NCBI GenBank assembly: GCA_964016885.1
Contig: OZ024748.1
Span: 22,754,001-22,818,000 of the forward strand
Length of the DNA: 64,000 nt
Reading direction: 5' to 3'
Origin: Eledone cirrhosa
Taxonomy: Eukaryota
Position 1 is the stretch's first letter, and every line of letters starts with the position of its first letter. Below the pieces are notes generated by a model. The model was not told the DNA's origin, ran no database searches, and worked only from the letters and a program-made list of their open reading frames with translations. Positions 41,288 through 56,180 of this stretch are shown here, one piece after another. The position numbers were made by a program, and so were the translations under genes.

Positions 41288-42162
41288 TGAAATTGATTAC
41301 ACAATATTACGTGTCATTGGACCACCGAGGGAGATCCTACATGATCCCATAATCTGCTAGAAATAACAAGCACACCTCCCTTATAAAATATTGTATCCTC
41401 ATAAAATAATGGAGGGTACATTGGATGATATATTCCTGGATATTTAAAATGTCCAAATATTTGTGACAGGAACCCTTTTGTTCAAAGATTTTGCTCAGTC
41501 AGGTTTGACTTACCTCGAGCTAGAGTTTTTGATGAAGTTTTTAAAGAAAAATATTTGGAAAACCTTTGATGAAATTCTTTCTGAAACTTTTGAGAAAATT
41601 TTTGGTGAAACTTTTTATGGAATTTTCGATGAACTTTTTAATGAAATTAAAAAAATAATTTTTTACAAGATTTTTAATAAATTTTTTTAAATGGAAATTT
41701 TAAGAAAATATTTAGAAAAATCTTTGATGAAATTTTTAAAGAAATGTTTAAGAAAAGTTTTCATGAAATTTTTTTGGAGAATTTTTGATGAGATTTTTAA
41801 ATGCTATTTTTGAAAAACATTTTGGGTTTTGAAAAACATTTTTTGCAAAATCTTTGGTGAAATTTCTTATGAAATAGCGCAATGACATTTTCATAGACCA
41901 GCTTATGATAACATCCCCAGTGTTAATATCACTGAGTCTACGTCAGTGATATCTCCAAAATAGAAGCTAATATCTCTGTTGTTGATCCAATATAGATTAT
42001 TTTAGTTATCTAAGTTACAAACACTTCCAAGATTTCTGACAACATAGTCTTGACTGACCTTCTACTGAGATGTATATACAGCTTTTTACCTGATCACATA
42101 TATGAATGTATATATGTATGTATGTATGTATGTATGTAGGTATGTATGTATGTATGTATGTA

Positions 42163-42730
42163 TCCCAGTACAAACTGTCTCATGGTCGGGTCGTTGGCGA
42201 CTAAACTGGCAACCCCACTAAGGTTTCTTGGTGAGGAGGGTGACTTTGGACATCCTGCAGGACTAAAAACAAAACCTGTCAAAGGAGCTCTTAAGAGTCA
42301 ATGGCTATCCAAAATCACCGGGAGAGATGACCCCTTAGCCTTTGTCAAGGCAGAATTCTAGGAGAAGGAAAACTCTGATATAACACCTGCAACCCTGATG
42401 GTATCCAATGATATTGACTTGTTCTTCTTTTTGGTAAATATCATCTTGGTTAAGAGAGTGGGACTGGCTTTGTGCAGTGCCTTTGCTCACTATAAAAGCT
42501 TCACGACACAGGCATTGCTTTATATCTGGAGATCTCTCTGCACTTGTCGTCACATGGTACCATGGGCCCAGCACTATGTGTCAATAATTGTCACAAGTGT
42601 AGTGTTTGTACCAGAGTTTTCAAGTCGCTGGCTGGACTAAAAAGTCACACTCGTTCAGCGCATCGGTAGGAGTTCTCCTACATGGATATAAAGTAGTGGC
42701 CGTACTCGAAAACGAGTTGGCAGCCACCAT
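42163..42730 (+). mobile_element. Non-autonomous RTE-related element with (ATGT)n tail
   Basis: CTAGGAGAAGGAAAACTCTGA motif resembling RTE-type 5' regions. Related copies at 43000-43350 and 43951-44078; all end in ...CCAYCATGTATG-like tails. Confidence 0.55.
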
Positions 42731-42743
42731 GTATGTATGTATG

Positions 42744-42777
<34 letters not shown>

Positions 42778-42876
42778 TGTATGTATGTATGTATGTATGT
42801 ATGTATGTATGTATGTATGTATATGTATGCATGTGTACATATATATATATATATACATACATACATATATACATAC

Positions 42877-42966
<90 letters not shown>

Positions 42967-43490
42967 GTATATATGTATATGCATGTGTATGTATATGCGC
43001 GGCGACATAGAAATAATCTGGCTGGATACCCAATCGCGTGGTTAAACCACTGGGAGTGAAGGACCCCTAGCCTTTGTCAGGGCATTCTTCTAGGAGAAGG
43101 CAACTCAGAAAACTGGGATAACTCCGATATAAAACCTGCGGCTCAGTAGTTACCGATGATGTTGATCTTTTCTTCTTTTCAGGTTATAGCTACTGTCGCT
43201 CAGAGAGTGGGATTGGCTCAGTGCACAGTCTTTCCTCACTTAAAAAAAAATCTTCGCGCACAGGCATTGCACGATAGCATTAATTGATAATTATTAATAA
43301 TGTTATATCGTGCAATGGGCATACTCGATAACGAGGGGGCACCCATCATGTATGTATGTATGTATGTATGTATGTATGTATGTATGTATGTATGTATGTA
43401 TGTATGTATGCATGCACGTACGTACGCATGTATGTATATATGTGTGTGCATGTACGTATGTATGTATTATATATATATATATACACACAC

Positions 43491-43628
<138 letters not shown>

Positions 43629-43761
43629 ATATGCATATGTATATATATGAATGTATCTATACATGCATATATGTATGTATGCATATATACATATGTATGT
43701 ATACATGTGTGTATGTCTGTATCTGTACATGTATATATACAATGCATGTAGCTATACATGG

Positions 43762-43794
<33 letters not shown>

Positions 43795-44654
43795 TGTATG
43801 TATGTATGTATGTATGTATGTATGTATGTTTGTGTGTATGTATGTATGTATGTATGTATGTATGTATGTATGTATGTATGCTTGTATGTATGTATGTATG
43901 TATGTATGTATGTATGTATGTATGCTTGTATGTATGTATGTATGTATGTATGTTGATCTTTTCTTCTTTTCGGGTTATTGCTATCTTCACGCACAGGCAT
44001 TGCACGATAGAATTAATTAATAATGGTATATCGTGCAATGGCCATACGCGATAACGAGGGGGTAGCCATCATCATCATGTATGTATGTATGTATGTTAGT
44101 ATGTGTGATTATGTACCTATCTATGCATACATGTTGACAGAGAAAAAAAAATGCGTTATCTGTTTTATCTGTATACAGGCGAGTGTCGTGTAACAGAATA
44201 ACGTTAGTCAGACATTCAAAATGGCGACACATATATAATCCCTCTATTATTACATTTCTTCTCCGATAGACTTAATAAGCGTTATGTGTTAACAGCAAAC
44301 ACAGAAATAATGACATTGTTGAATGTCATTGAGTAATACCACGTCCAATGGGAATTAATTGATACAATATATCCAGTAGCTAGCCAATATATATCGGTTA
44401 TCGATTACTTATATGTTCTGTAAGAACAGTGTCAATTGTTACATTGTTATGGAAGAAAATAGCAAAGAAGACTAATAATATTCACAGAAAGAAGTGGGGT
44501 GGGGTTGGGTTATTTGTCTTGGTCTTCTACCATCATTCCATTTGTATGTAGGATGCTTATGTATGCAGGATGCTTATGTATGTATGTATGTATGTATGTA
44601 TGTATGTATGTATGTATGTATGTATGTATGTATGTATGTATGTATGTATGTATG

Positions 44655-46288
44655 TTTTTCTTTCTCTTAATTTCGAGTACATTTTTGACCGGCCACCTTC
44701 CTTTTGGCAAGGTTGTGAAAGAAAAGAAATTGTCACTCCTTGAACCACAAGAATGTTTTGCAAATTTTGAAGGGTCCAGCTATCGCAGCAATTTGTAGTC
44801 TATGGATTAGGGAGTTGCACTCTTTGTCCACAGTTTTTATTTTCAGGTTCCACCAGTATTCCTTAGTACCATCTATCTCAACATATTCATCCTCATTTGT
44901 TTTAAATTTTGTTTTCCTACGTGCGTTCCAGATGGTTCTAGCTATCTCATCGTGTCTCATAGGGAGGTAGTAGCGAGACGACATTCTTTCACAGTTGGCA
45001 ACAATGTGGCTAACATCTTCGATCTTTGTTTTACAAAGCCTACATTTATTGTCGACTGATGGCCCTCCTCTTTTGCGTAGCAGATATTTGGTATGTATTT
45101 CTTGTTCCTGTATTGCATAGTGATATCCTTCAAGGTGGGATGTCAAAAAACTTCTCGGAACTCCATGCCAGGCTTTTTGAATGCTTTTTAAAATCTTGTT
45201 CGAGCATTGAATAGGAACTTCCACTGTTCCTGGGATACAGTTTTATATCAGGCCTTATTCCATATCCTTCCTCCAGATCAGTGGCTATTCTAATGATATT
45301 ATTTCCTTCAATCCCGCCGAGGTTGACTTTGCCTTTCATCCTTACGGGGTAGATAAAATAAAGTACCAGTAATGCACTGGGTAATTGCTGGCCTTGTGCC
45401 TAAAGTAGAAACAATTATTTCCTTCATGCTCATAAACATGGGCAAGATGGTTGCTGATCTTTTCTTCTGTTGAAAATGTTGCTTCAGTGTTACTATCCGG
45501 GTCTCGTATGATGTTAATATCGATTTTAGACCCCGGCGACCTTCTTTGCATTAGAAATATAGCCTATCCGCATCACCATTGATGTTAAAGTTTCCAGTAA
45601 CACCGAGAAGCTTGCGAGCTCTTACATCCATCTCACTTAGTTCTTGCAAGACCAGTTCAGCAGGCCAAATGTTGGCGTTAGGATTGGCACAGCATAAATA
45701 TTGTGGGCAATGTATTTGTGGTACACTGATAGTTCTGACGACCGTATTTTCTTTACTCTCCTGAGGTATTCAGTTCTGATTCTCTCCTTATTTATGGGTC
45801 CATCATACCTGACATTCTCATCCTGTCCAAGATATCTGTAGTTATCACTTGATTGTAGAGGTTGTATTGTCAAGCCGTTCATCTCTAGATTTCCAGAGAA
45901 GGGCACAACCCTTCCACGTTTTACTGTCAAATATGAACATTTCGACTCACCAAATTTCATTCTGATGTCTGCAGAAAATTGTGTAATGAGGTCCAATTGT
46001 TTTTTGATATAGTTGATATTTGGCCCATACAACTTCAGGTCATCAACAAAGAAAAGATGGGAGATACTTCTGGACCCACTTCCATGACCACTTTGTTTTG
46101 TGAGCAAGTATGACAGTGGGTTTAGTGAGAGAACGAAGGGCAGCACTGATAAGCTATCACCCTGAAATATGCTTTACTGGTAGTTTATGGTATTAGCCTC
46201 AATTTGCACCTTCTCACCCCTAAGGATCAAATTAGTGTACCAGTTCTTTGTCGGGCGTTCAACAGCAACTACTAGCTTGATCAGGTGT
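44655..46288 (-). mobile_element. R4/Dong-clade non-LTR retrotransposon (RT plus CCHC/RHD region), truncated and decayed
   Basis: IFQGDSLS, HLFFVDDLKLYG, MKFGESKC, YRYLGQDE (45637-46170) and CRLC...HIVANC...RHD (44733-45224). Frameshifts are present, and (TATG)n lies on both sides. Confidence 0.88.
45311..45413 (+). mobile_element. 5'-truncated SINE S1 inserted in the R4-like LINE, 13-bp TSD
   Basis: ATTATTTCCTTCA at 45298-45310 and 45414-45426. Confidence 0.93.
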
Positions 46289-46586
46289 TATGTATGTATG
46301 TAAGTATGTATGTAAGTATATACAGTATGTATGTATGTACGTATGTGTGTGTGAGAGAGAGAGGGAGAGGGAGAGAGAGGGAGAGAGAGAGAGAGAGATT
46401 TATATATATATATATAATATAATATAATATAATATATATATAATATAATATATATGTAAATATATATGTATATATATATATAAATAAATACGTGCATGTA
46501 TGTGCACACACACAGAGACTCACACACACACACACATATATGTGTGTGTGTGTGTGTGTATATATATAAATAAATGTGTATATATG

Positions 46587-46672
<86 letters not shown>

Positions 46673-46841
46673 AATACACGTGTGACGCCAGTGTACTCTA
46701 TTCCTTCCTCTATGTCTAATTATTTCACTAAAGTATATTTATTGATTAAATGTCATAATGAAGACTACACTCCAATACATATCTTAATATCTCATCGGAT
46801 TAAATTTATTTCTCTCTCTATACTTCATATTGGATTATACC

Positions 46842-47355
46842 ATGTTGATGTTGGTGTTACTGTTGTTGTTGTTGTTGTTGTTGTTACTGCTCTGGTTGTT
46901 GTTGTTGCTGCTATTGTTGAGCTTACTGTTGTTGTTGTTGTTACTGCTCTTGTTGTTGTTACTGCTATGGTTGTTGTTGTTGCTGCTATTGTTGCGCTTA
47001 CTGTTGTTGTTTTTATTGTTGTTGTTGCACTTATTGTTGTTTTTATTGTTGTTGTTGTTTTTATTGTTGATGTTGGTGTTACTGTTGTTGTTGTTGTTGT
47101 TGTTACTGCTCTGGTTGTTGTTGTTGTTACTGCTCTTGTTGTTGTTGTTACTGCTATGGTTGTTGTTGTTGCACTTATTGTTGTTTTTATTGTTGTTGTT
47201 GTTTTTATTGTTGATGTTGGTGTTACTGTTGTTGTTGTTGTTGTTACTGCTATGGTTGTTGTTGTTGTTGTTGTTACTGCTCTTGTTGTTGTTGTTGTTG
47301 CTGCTATTGTTGCGCTTAGTGTTGTTGTTGTTTTTATTGTTGATGTTGGTGTTAC

Positions 47356-47389
<34 letters not shown>

Positions 47390-47942
47390 ACTGCTCTTGT
47401 TGTTGTTGTTGTTACTGCTCTTGTTGTTGTTGATGTTACTGCTATGGTTGTTGTTGTTGTTGTTGTTGTTGTTGTTACTGCTCTTGTTGTTGTTGTTGTT
47501 GCTGCTATTGTTGCGCTTAGTGTTGTTGTTGTTGCTGCTGCTGCTCTTCTTATTGCTAATATTTTTGTTGTCTTTATTGTTGTTGTTGCTCTTGTTGCTC
47601 TTGTTGCTTTTATTGTTGTTATTGCTGTTGTTACTGTTGTTGTTGTTGTTGTCGTCGTCGTTGTTGTTGTTGTTGTTGTTGTTGTTGTTGCTGTTGTTAC
47701 TGTTGTTGTTGTTGTTGTTGATATTGTTGTTATTGCTGTTGCTACTACTACTGTTGTTGTTGTTATTGCTGTTGTTGCTGTTGTTGTTGATATTGTTGTT
47801 ATTGCTGCTGCTGCTGTTGTTGTTGTTGTTGTTGTTGTTGCTGTTGTTGTTGTTGTTGTTGCTGTTGTTACTGTTGTTGTTGTTGTTATTGTTGTTGATA
47901 TTGTTGTTATTGCTGTTGCTACTACTGTTGTTGTTGTTACAG

Positions 47943-47983
<41 letters not shown>

Positions 47984-48028
47984 GATATTGTTGTAGCTGT
48001 CGTCGTCCTTTCCATCGTTGTTGTTATT
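46842..48028. repeat. 1.2-kb (GTT)n-based compound repeat
   Basis: GTT/GCT/ACT/ATT triplets with repeated blocks. Confidence 0.97.
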
Positions 48029-48405
48029 TAGACCCAGGTCAGTCCTCATCAAGTAGATCTCTGATCTAATACCTTCCAAACGAGGTATTTTACTGCCATC
48101 TACAACTATATCCTTCCATTTTAAAGACAATGACAAATAATTTCAACATGGCGTCGTCGTTAGGAGAATCGGATTAAATGACTCAGAATTTATTTCGGTT
48201 TACTGCGTTTTAGTTCAAATCCGACCGAGGTTAACTTTGCCTTTTAACCCCCCCGGGACCGATAAAATAAAATACCAGTTCATGAATGGTGCATTGGTGG
48301 AATTGTTAAAGAGCGAGAGGGATTCTTTGCGGCATCTGATCGAAAGTATATATATATGTATATATGTATATATATATGTATATATATATATATGTATATA
48401 TATAT

Positions 48406-48600
48406 ATAGGAACAAGTATGACCCCGACGGCAGAGCTCAAGCCGTTTCGACGGCTAATTCAGTCTAGAATTAGCCGTCGAAACGGCTTGAGCTCTGCCGT
48501 CGGGGTCATACTTGTTCCTATTACCCACTCTACTACCCTAAGTATTGAGTACTTTGGTGTGTTATGGTCCATCTGGTTCCTTACCACATTTTCTTCGTTA
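48406..48600 (+). mobile_element. Family A element with 55-bp fold-back
   Basis: Perfect arms 48406-48460 and 48467-48521 with a 6-nt spacer, then the family A tail running into (TA)n. Confidence 0.9.
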
Positions 48601-48602
48601 TA

Positions 48603-48803
<201 letters not shown>

Positions 48804-48933
48804 TCGGTAGACAAGGATGCAATTCACTTCAAGCACTCAACGTTATATTACTTCCTAAAAAGAGGGATGACAGCAAAAATTGATTAAAAGGTAACATTTC
48901 TGCCTTAGAAATGTTACCTTTTAATCAATTTTT

Positions 48934-48984
48934 GCTGTCTGAAGAAAGCACGATATCTATCGTCATGGAAATACGTATAACGTC
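48934..48984 (+). ncRNA. Hammerhead ribozyme motif (stem I weak)
   Basis: GT CTGAAGA AAGC ACGATA TC TATCGT CATG GAAA TACGTA TA AC. Same CATG-GAAA junction as 39335-39390. Confidence 0.55.
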
Positions 48985-49104
48985 TCAATTAATAAAGGAC
49001 TCTAACATCTTCAACTTCGCATTTTCATCTTTATTATATATATATATATATGAAAATGCGAAGTTGAAGATGTTAGAGTCCTTTATTAATTGAGACGTTA
49101 TACG

Positions 49105-49305
49105 GGGGATTGGTTATGGGCGGTGGATTGGCAGTATCGGTAGAGGGTCGGACGCCATGATTTGATGCATATAGTTACGTCCCTTTACGATCTGAGTTCA
49201 AATCCCGCCGAGGTTGACTTTGCCTTTCATCCTTACGGGGTCGATAAAATAAAGTACCAGTAATGCACTGGGTAATTGCTGGCCTTGTGCCTAAAGTAGA
49301 AACAA
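49105..49305 (+). mobile_element. SINE S1, full-length
   Basis: Head (with a duplicated GGATTGG start), B-box, core and tail. Confidence 0.92.
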
Positions 49306-49306
49306 T

Positions 49307-49376
<70 letters not shown>

Positions 49377-49452
49377 AAAAGAGTCAGCACCCCGATGGAT
49401 GAGCTCCGGCCGTTTCGACAGCTAGATCCGAACTAACCCACCAAATTTAAAC

Positions 49453-49515
<63 letters not shown>

Positions 49516-49548
49516 TATATATTATATATTATATATATATAATATATG

Positions 49549-49604
<56 letters not shown>

Positions 49605-49973
49605 CATATATTATATATACATATATCATATATACATATATATATAATACGAATATATTAACATATCACACACACACAACCCCCCACCCCCCCACACACA
49701 CAGACGTTCAATAGTACCAGTACCACCACCAACGCCACCACACGTATATTATGACAGGGAACTAATGCATAGAAGGGAGAGAAAAATAAAAGATATGTTC
49801 CATTGTTAATTAGTTGCCTGCCAAAAAATCTCGTTTGTAAGGTCTTGGTAAATCTTAATGTCGCCAATCTCCAACCTAATCATAACAATAAATTACCTGA
49901 CTTGAATGAGACAGTAAACTAGGTTGTCACATATATTCTAAAATATAATAGAAATCGTTAACAGACGTATGGA

Positions 49974-50015
<42 letters not shown>

Positions 50016-50050
50016 CACAGGAATCAAAGTTATGTTCAAACCATTTATTA

Positions 50051-50095
50051 GCTTACAATTGTTTCATACAAACAGAGGCTTGGAATCTTCGGAGC
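50051..50095 (-). ncRNA. Hammerhead-like motif with U4C core change
   Basis: GCT CCGAAGA TTC CAAGC CTCT GTTTG TAT GAAA CAATTG TA AGC, with palindromic stem III. Confidence 0.5.
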
Positions 50096-50155
50096 ATTAT
50101 TTAATGTTTGTATACATTCATGACATATATACATAACCATAAATAGTATCCTTAA

Positions 50156-50224
<69 letters not shown>

Positions 50225-50584
50225 AATATATACACATATATATATATGTGTGTGTGTGAGTGTATATATATATATGTGTGTGTGTGTGTGTCAGTGTATA
50301 TGTGTGTGTGTATATGTGTATACATACACACACACATATATATATGTATATATATATATGTTTTAATACAGGACTAGAACTGTTTAATTCGAAGGAAATC
50401 ATGTATGTATGTATTTATATATACACATATATGTGTGTGTGTAAATATATATGTGTGTGTGTGTGTGTGTCTATATGTGTGTGTGTATCTGTGTATACAT
50501 ATAATATATATATAAATATATATAAAAAAAATATATATATGAATGTACACGCACGCACACACACACACACACACATACACACAG

Positions 50585-50616
<32 letters not shown>

Positions 50617-50759
50617 GTAGGAGGTAAGTTTTATTGTAGTACAATAAAGCAATGCAGATATCGGATAAGAAGCACTCTACAGTTTGTAGGACTGGAGTAT
50701 ATGTTGATTTAAAACTGCACTATCCACAAGTGTTTTTTAGCCTTCATATCATGTTCTCC

Positions 50760-50830
50760 TGTTTTATCTGATGAAAACACAAATATTATTGCATGATGAT
50801 GTTTGTTTTTGAAATGCGCATAATAAAATA
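50760..50830 (+). ncRNA. Hammerhead ribozyme (type I)
   Basis: TGTTTTAT CTGATGA AAAC ACAAATAT...ATGTTTGT TTTT GAAA TGCGCA TA ATAAAATA. Stem I is 8 bp, stem II is long, and stem III is palindromic. Confidence 0.8.
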
Positions 50831-50860
50831 CATGGAACTCCTTTAACCATCTTTTGATCT

Positions 50861-50941
<81 letters not shown>

Positions 50942-51111
50942 GAATTATCAAAACGCTGGGTGATCTGAAATATGAAAAGGAGAGAATCCCAAACGCAAAA
51001 AATAACTTAGAAAATCAGATAAAATGCTCCTATAGACGGAGAGAAGGGTCTAGGGAGACATACAGAGAATCGAACTCCGTACCTCTCGAATACCATGTGT
51101 GTGCCTTTCCT

Positions 51112-51618
<507 letters not shown>

Positions 51619-51653
51619 GAGACACACACACACACACAGACACACACACACAG

Positions 51654-51694
<41 letters not shown>

Positions 51695-51706
51695 GAGACA
51701 CACACA

Positions 51707-51755
<49 letters not shown>

Positions 51756-52461
51756 GCAAACACACGTGGCGTATTATTATGGTTAATAGTAAATAACAGG
51801 GTGAGGAATACAGCTACAATGATAATAGAAAGAATAAAAACACAATTTCCCTTTTTTCCTTTCCTTTATTTTTCAAACATGGAAACTACTATAGGGAGCC
51901 ATTTCACAATTTGATAATTTATGTAAAGGCCGACTCCTCACCTTCAGCTACTATGTTTGTGCTGGGCTGCTAACCTCGTTCACGCTGTCAACGGTCCCAG
52001 TATTTTCATTTCCGGTATCTGACGAGATCTCGTTGAAAAGACGAAATGAAGCGATAGTAATATCACCATTAATGAATTGATACGTTTCATAACTCTTTTA
52101 TCGCATATAATTTTATGTCCACTGTTTTAATTTCCTGCCTCATTGTTGTTATGTGCGGCTATTTTTACCCAATCTTATCCTATTTTAATCTACAACGTCT
52201 GTTCGTTATCTTTATCTATCTTTCTCTTTACCGATTTACCTATTTGTCAGTTAAGTCGGTTAGTTTTCCTGTTGTTTGTCTATTTTTATCTGCTCTTTTC
52301 CCATTTTGAAATTTATACGATCACCTCTAGCGCCACAAATATCACAAATGCCTATGTGTCGAAACGTGGCATTTGATTGTTTTTTTTCTAATATTCAATG
52401 TTTGACCTAAATAGACATTTCTTTCTATAAGACACAAGGCCAACATTTTATATGAAAGGAT

Positions 52462-52662
52462 GTGTTGTCGAGTGGCAAGACTCCAGAATTTGAAAGGCAA
52501 AAACCAACTGACGGTAGACCGGGACGTAGACCATTTGCAAGATGGCTTCTTAACATCTATAACATCGGTTGGTCTCATTTGAGGTTCCAGTCGGATCATT
52601 TAGAGGCGGTTGCTTCTGATAGGACCCACTGGAAGGCGTGTCTGAGGATTTGGCTCCTATGA
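52462..52662 (+). pseudogene. RTE-clade LINE C-terminal fragment
   Basis: GRPGRRPFARWL...GWSHL...LEAVASDRTHWK resembles the RPRGRPRxRW...A.DRxxW terminus of RTE ORFs. Confidence 0.6.
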
Positions 52663-53916
52663 CTCTCTCAATTTTCCGTCTTTTCGATCTGAATATTGAT
52701 TTCTCGTATACGGTAACGGACGGACTGGTGATAGGAAGAAACAGTGGTGAAACTAGATTTAATGTTTAATGTTGTCCCTCTATATACTACTAGGCTTTAC
52801 TTCACTTTTCATAATTCTAGAGATTTAAAAAAAATCACCTTATCTGGAGGAAAGACAGAACCCATGAGTTCTTTGAGGACATCCTAAACTGGTATACTTA
52901 AATATACTTCAACCGGAGACCTTGTCCGAATGTTTGTAATAGAGTCTACTGGAAAGGAATCTATCAAGTATATTTGACATCTTCATGTCAAATATCAGCT
53001 GGGGTCGATTTTAATTGTCTTTTCCCCTCCCTCAAATTGCTGACCTGGTGCCTAAACCAGAAACCATTATTATTATCATTAATTCAAAAGAAGTGAGCTG
53101 AGTATTGGTCTTGTGTCTTATGAAGAAAACTTTATTAGTGTTAGAAAAAAAAATAGCGATTAATATATCGCCTTTTTCATTTAATTGACCAGCGATTGTA
53201 ATCAATTAGTTATCTAATCCTTGTAATTAATTACCGTTCATATCTTATATGTTCTTAATTATAAGAGAGCTACAATTATTTTAATCCGACTCATGCTAGA
53301 CAATTCGTTACGATCTCAGCATACTATCATTATATCTAAAGTAAAATAACATTAAAAAGATTCATCACACATGCTTGAAAAAATTATTCAATCTAAACTA
53401 TAATAAAGTAAGAAGCGCGGGATTGCGTACAGTTTATAATTTTTTTTATCCCATTAGTAAAATAAGTTGGATTACTTTGAATAAATAATTGTTTCTACTT
53501 TGAATAAATAATGAATGAATATTACATAATTTATCTACTAAATTTCGTGGTTGTTCATTAAATATATTTTATTATTTATTTAAAGATTTACTTCTTTAAA
53601 ATTTTCAAATGTCAACACTTCCGGTGGCGATCGCTTAAATAAACATTAGTTTTCTGTCACTAATTTTCTCCTAATACAGTTTATATATATTATCGTTTTT
53701 TTTAAATGTATCATGGATTACGTTACTGATTACATAAGACAGTGTAACGCAGTCTTCGTTCAATTTCTGTGGATATTGTCAATTACGATTTTCTTTGATG
53801 TATCATATCTACATGCATATATACTTGCGTATAATATCAATATACACACTACACATGCTAGCAGGAAACTACCCGAAGGGTGGTTTTCTGCTAGTGATGT
53901 ATAATGGATAATATAA

Positions 53917-54108
53917 TAATTGTTTCTACTTTTGGCACAAGGCCTGCAATCATCCAGGTGCATTACTGGTACTTTATTTCATCGACTCCCGTAAGGCTGA
54001 AAGTTAAAGTTAACCTCGGCGGGATTTGAACTCAGAACATAAAGAGCCATAACTCTGTGCTGCAAAGCATAGTGTCTGACACTCTACCAATACTGCCAAT
54101 CCACCGCA
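53917..54108 (-). mobile_element. SINE S1, full-length
   Basis: Tail, core, B-box and head on the minus strand. Confidence 0.9.
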
Positions 54109-54159
54109 CTATTGTATTATTAACAATATATTAATAGTGGCATGGATGAAGCGGGGAAG

Positions 54160-54470
54160 GGTGATTAAGAAGTTCGCTTCGCAATCATTAAGTTCCGGGT
54201 TCGATCCAACTTCGTGGTATATTCGACAAATGTCATTTACCATCACTACAGACAGACTCTAGTGATTAAAATTAGGTAGATGGAAACTGTTTGGAAGCCT
54301 GTCGGATGGATTTATACCTGAAATTCAAAGGGTCATCTGTGTCACACTGAATCTCCCTGAGAATTGTATAAAAAGTAGAATGTTCAGCCACTTACATGTT
54401 AATTTCATGAGCAGGTTGTTCCATTGATCGAACAACTGGAACACTCATCGTCGAAACCAACGGGGGTCCT
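54160..54470 (+). mobile_element. SINE S2 (degenerate)
   Basis: AAGTTCGCTTC..CCGGGTTCGATCC head, GGTAGATGGAAAC body, tail shared with 6550-6720. Confidence 0.7.
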
Positions 54471-54842
54471 CTCGTTATACGATGACGGCTAATGGTGGTT
54501 GTCTCCTAAACAGTTCAGTGGACAATTTGGAGAAATCTAAAATGGTTTATGACTGATATATATCAACAAACACCTTGTTGTTGTTGTTGTTGTTGTTGTT
54601 ACTGTTGTTGTTTCCCCGAACCAGACATAATCCTGCAATCTCAAGATCAAAGACGTTCTAACCGCGATCATCCTCGTCCCATACAGCTACGACTAGAATA
54701 TCCAATGTGCCCAGTGTGATTTTGAAAGAGCTTTGGTTGCTATTTCTTGCACAAGCTCCAACCCTAGTAAATTGCCTCTTCTCTCTCCCCACTCTCTTTT
54801 CCCCCTCCACTCTCTATCTTTCCTTTTCACTATTTCTCCAAG

Positions 54843-54889
54843 GGAATTTGGTCTGGGCTCCCACAGGTTTAAAGTGCCCAAGACACGCC
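54843..54889 (+). other. Candidate 47-nt exon of an unidentified host transcript
   Basis: Long polypyrimidine tract ending CCAAG|, donor GCC|GTATGT, then a 126-nt pyrimidine-rich gap to TAATAG| at 55015. Confidence 0.35.
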
Positions 54890-55719
54890 GTATGTTACTC
54901 TCGCTTTCTCACCCCTCTCTCCCCTTTCTCTATCTCTGTATTTATCCCCCCCACCCCTCCGCTCCCTCTTCCTTACTCCTTCTCTCTGCCCCCCCCTCTC
55001 TCTCTCTTGTAATAGGTATCCGTTAGCTGTTGAAAAGGAAACCATATTGTATCCGTATAAGGCTGTAATAATATATCACATACTTCACAGCACACACACA
55101 CACACATACAGATACACAGACACACATACACAGACACACACACACATACACACACACATATATTCACACACACACACACACACACATATACAGACACACA
55201 CACAGACACCTATATAGACAGAGATGCAGGCACACATACATGCACAGACGCACACAAAGACACCGTCACAGATACAGACACAGACACACGCATACATACA
55301 CTCACAGACAAACTCACATACACACACAAACACACACTCACAGATGTACACATACATGAACTGAAGCACACACACACACACACACACACACAGAGACACA
55401 CGCACGTTCAATCACACACACACAAAGATACATACACACGCATGCACAGATACACTGTTAGCTACATGCACACACATGCACAGGCATACACATAGATACA
55501 TGCACACACATGCAGAGATGTACACATAGACACATAGACACATAGACACATAGACACACACACATGCACACACACACACACACATGCACACATAGACACA
55601 CATATACACATACGCATACACACACATGCACAGATGTACACATAGATACATACACTCACATATACACACACACGCACACATGCACACACATACACACATA
55701 CACACATACACACATACAC

Positions 55720-55809
55720 ACACATGCTAACAAAGACACACATACACACATACACACACATACACACACACGCACACATAGAGACACATACACACACATG
55801 CTAACAAAG

Positions 55810-55840
<31 letters not shown>

Positions 55841-55872
55841 TAGACACACATACACACACATGCTAACAAAGA

Positions 55873-55912
<40 letters not shown>

Positions 55913-56147
55913 TAGACACACATACACACACATGCTAACAAAGACACACATACACACACATACACACACACGCACACATAGACACACATACACACACATG
56001 CTAACAAAGACACACATACACACACACACACATACACACACACGCACACATAGAGACACATACACACACATGCTAACAAAGACACACATACACACACACA
56101 CACACACACGCACACATAGACACACATACACACACATGCTAACAAAG

Positions 56148-56180
<33 letters not shown>

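Noticed and set aside
46574-48136. 388-485 aa ORFs (poly-V/T/L/N), mucin-like
   Set aside because: Open in four frames only because of the GTT repeat; no splice or domain evidence.
44215-48180. AAAATGGCG (44218) and AACATGGCG (48145) Kozak/YY1-like starts
   Set aside because: Followed by stops within 5-9 codons; no supporting context.
52012-52060. CTGACGA...GAAA hammerhead-like core
   Set aside because: No stem III or NUH site.
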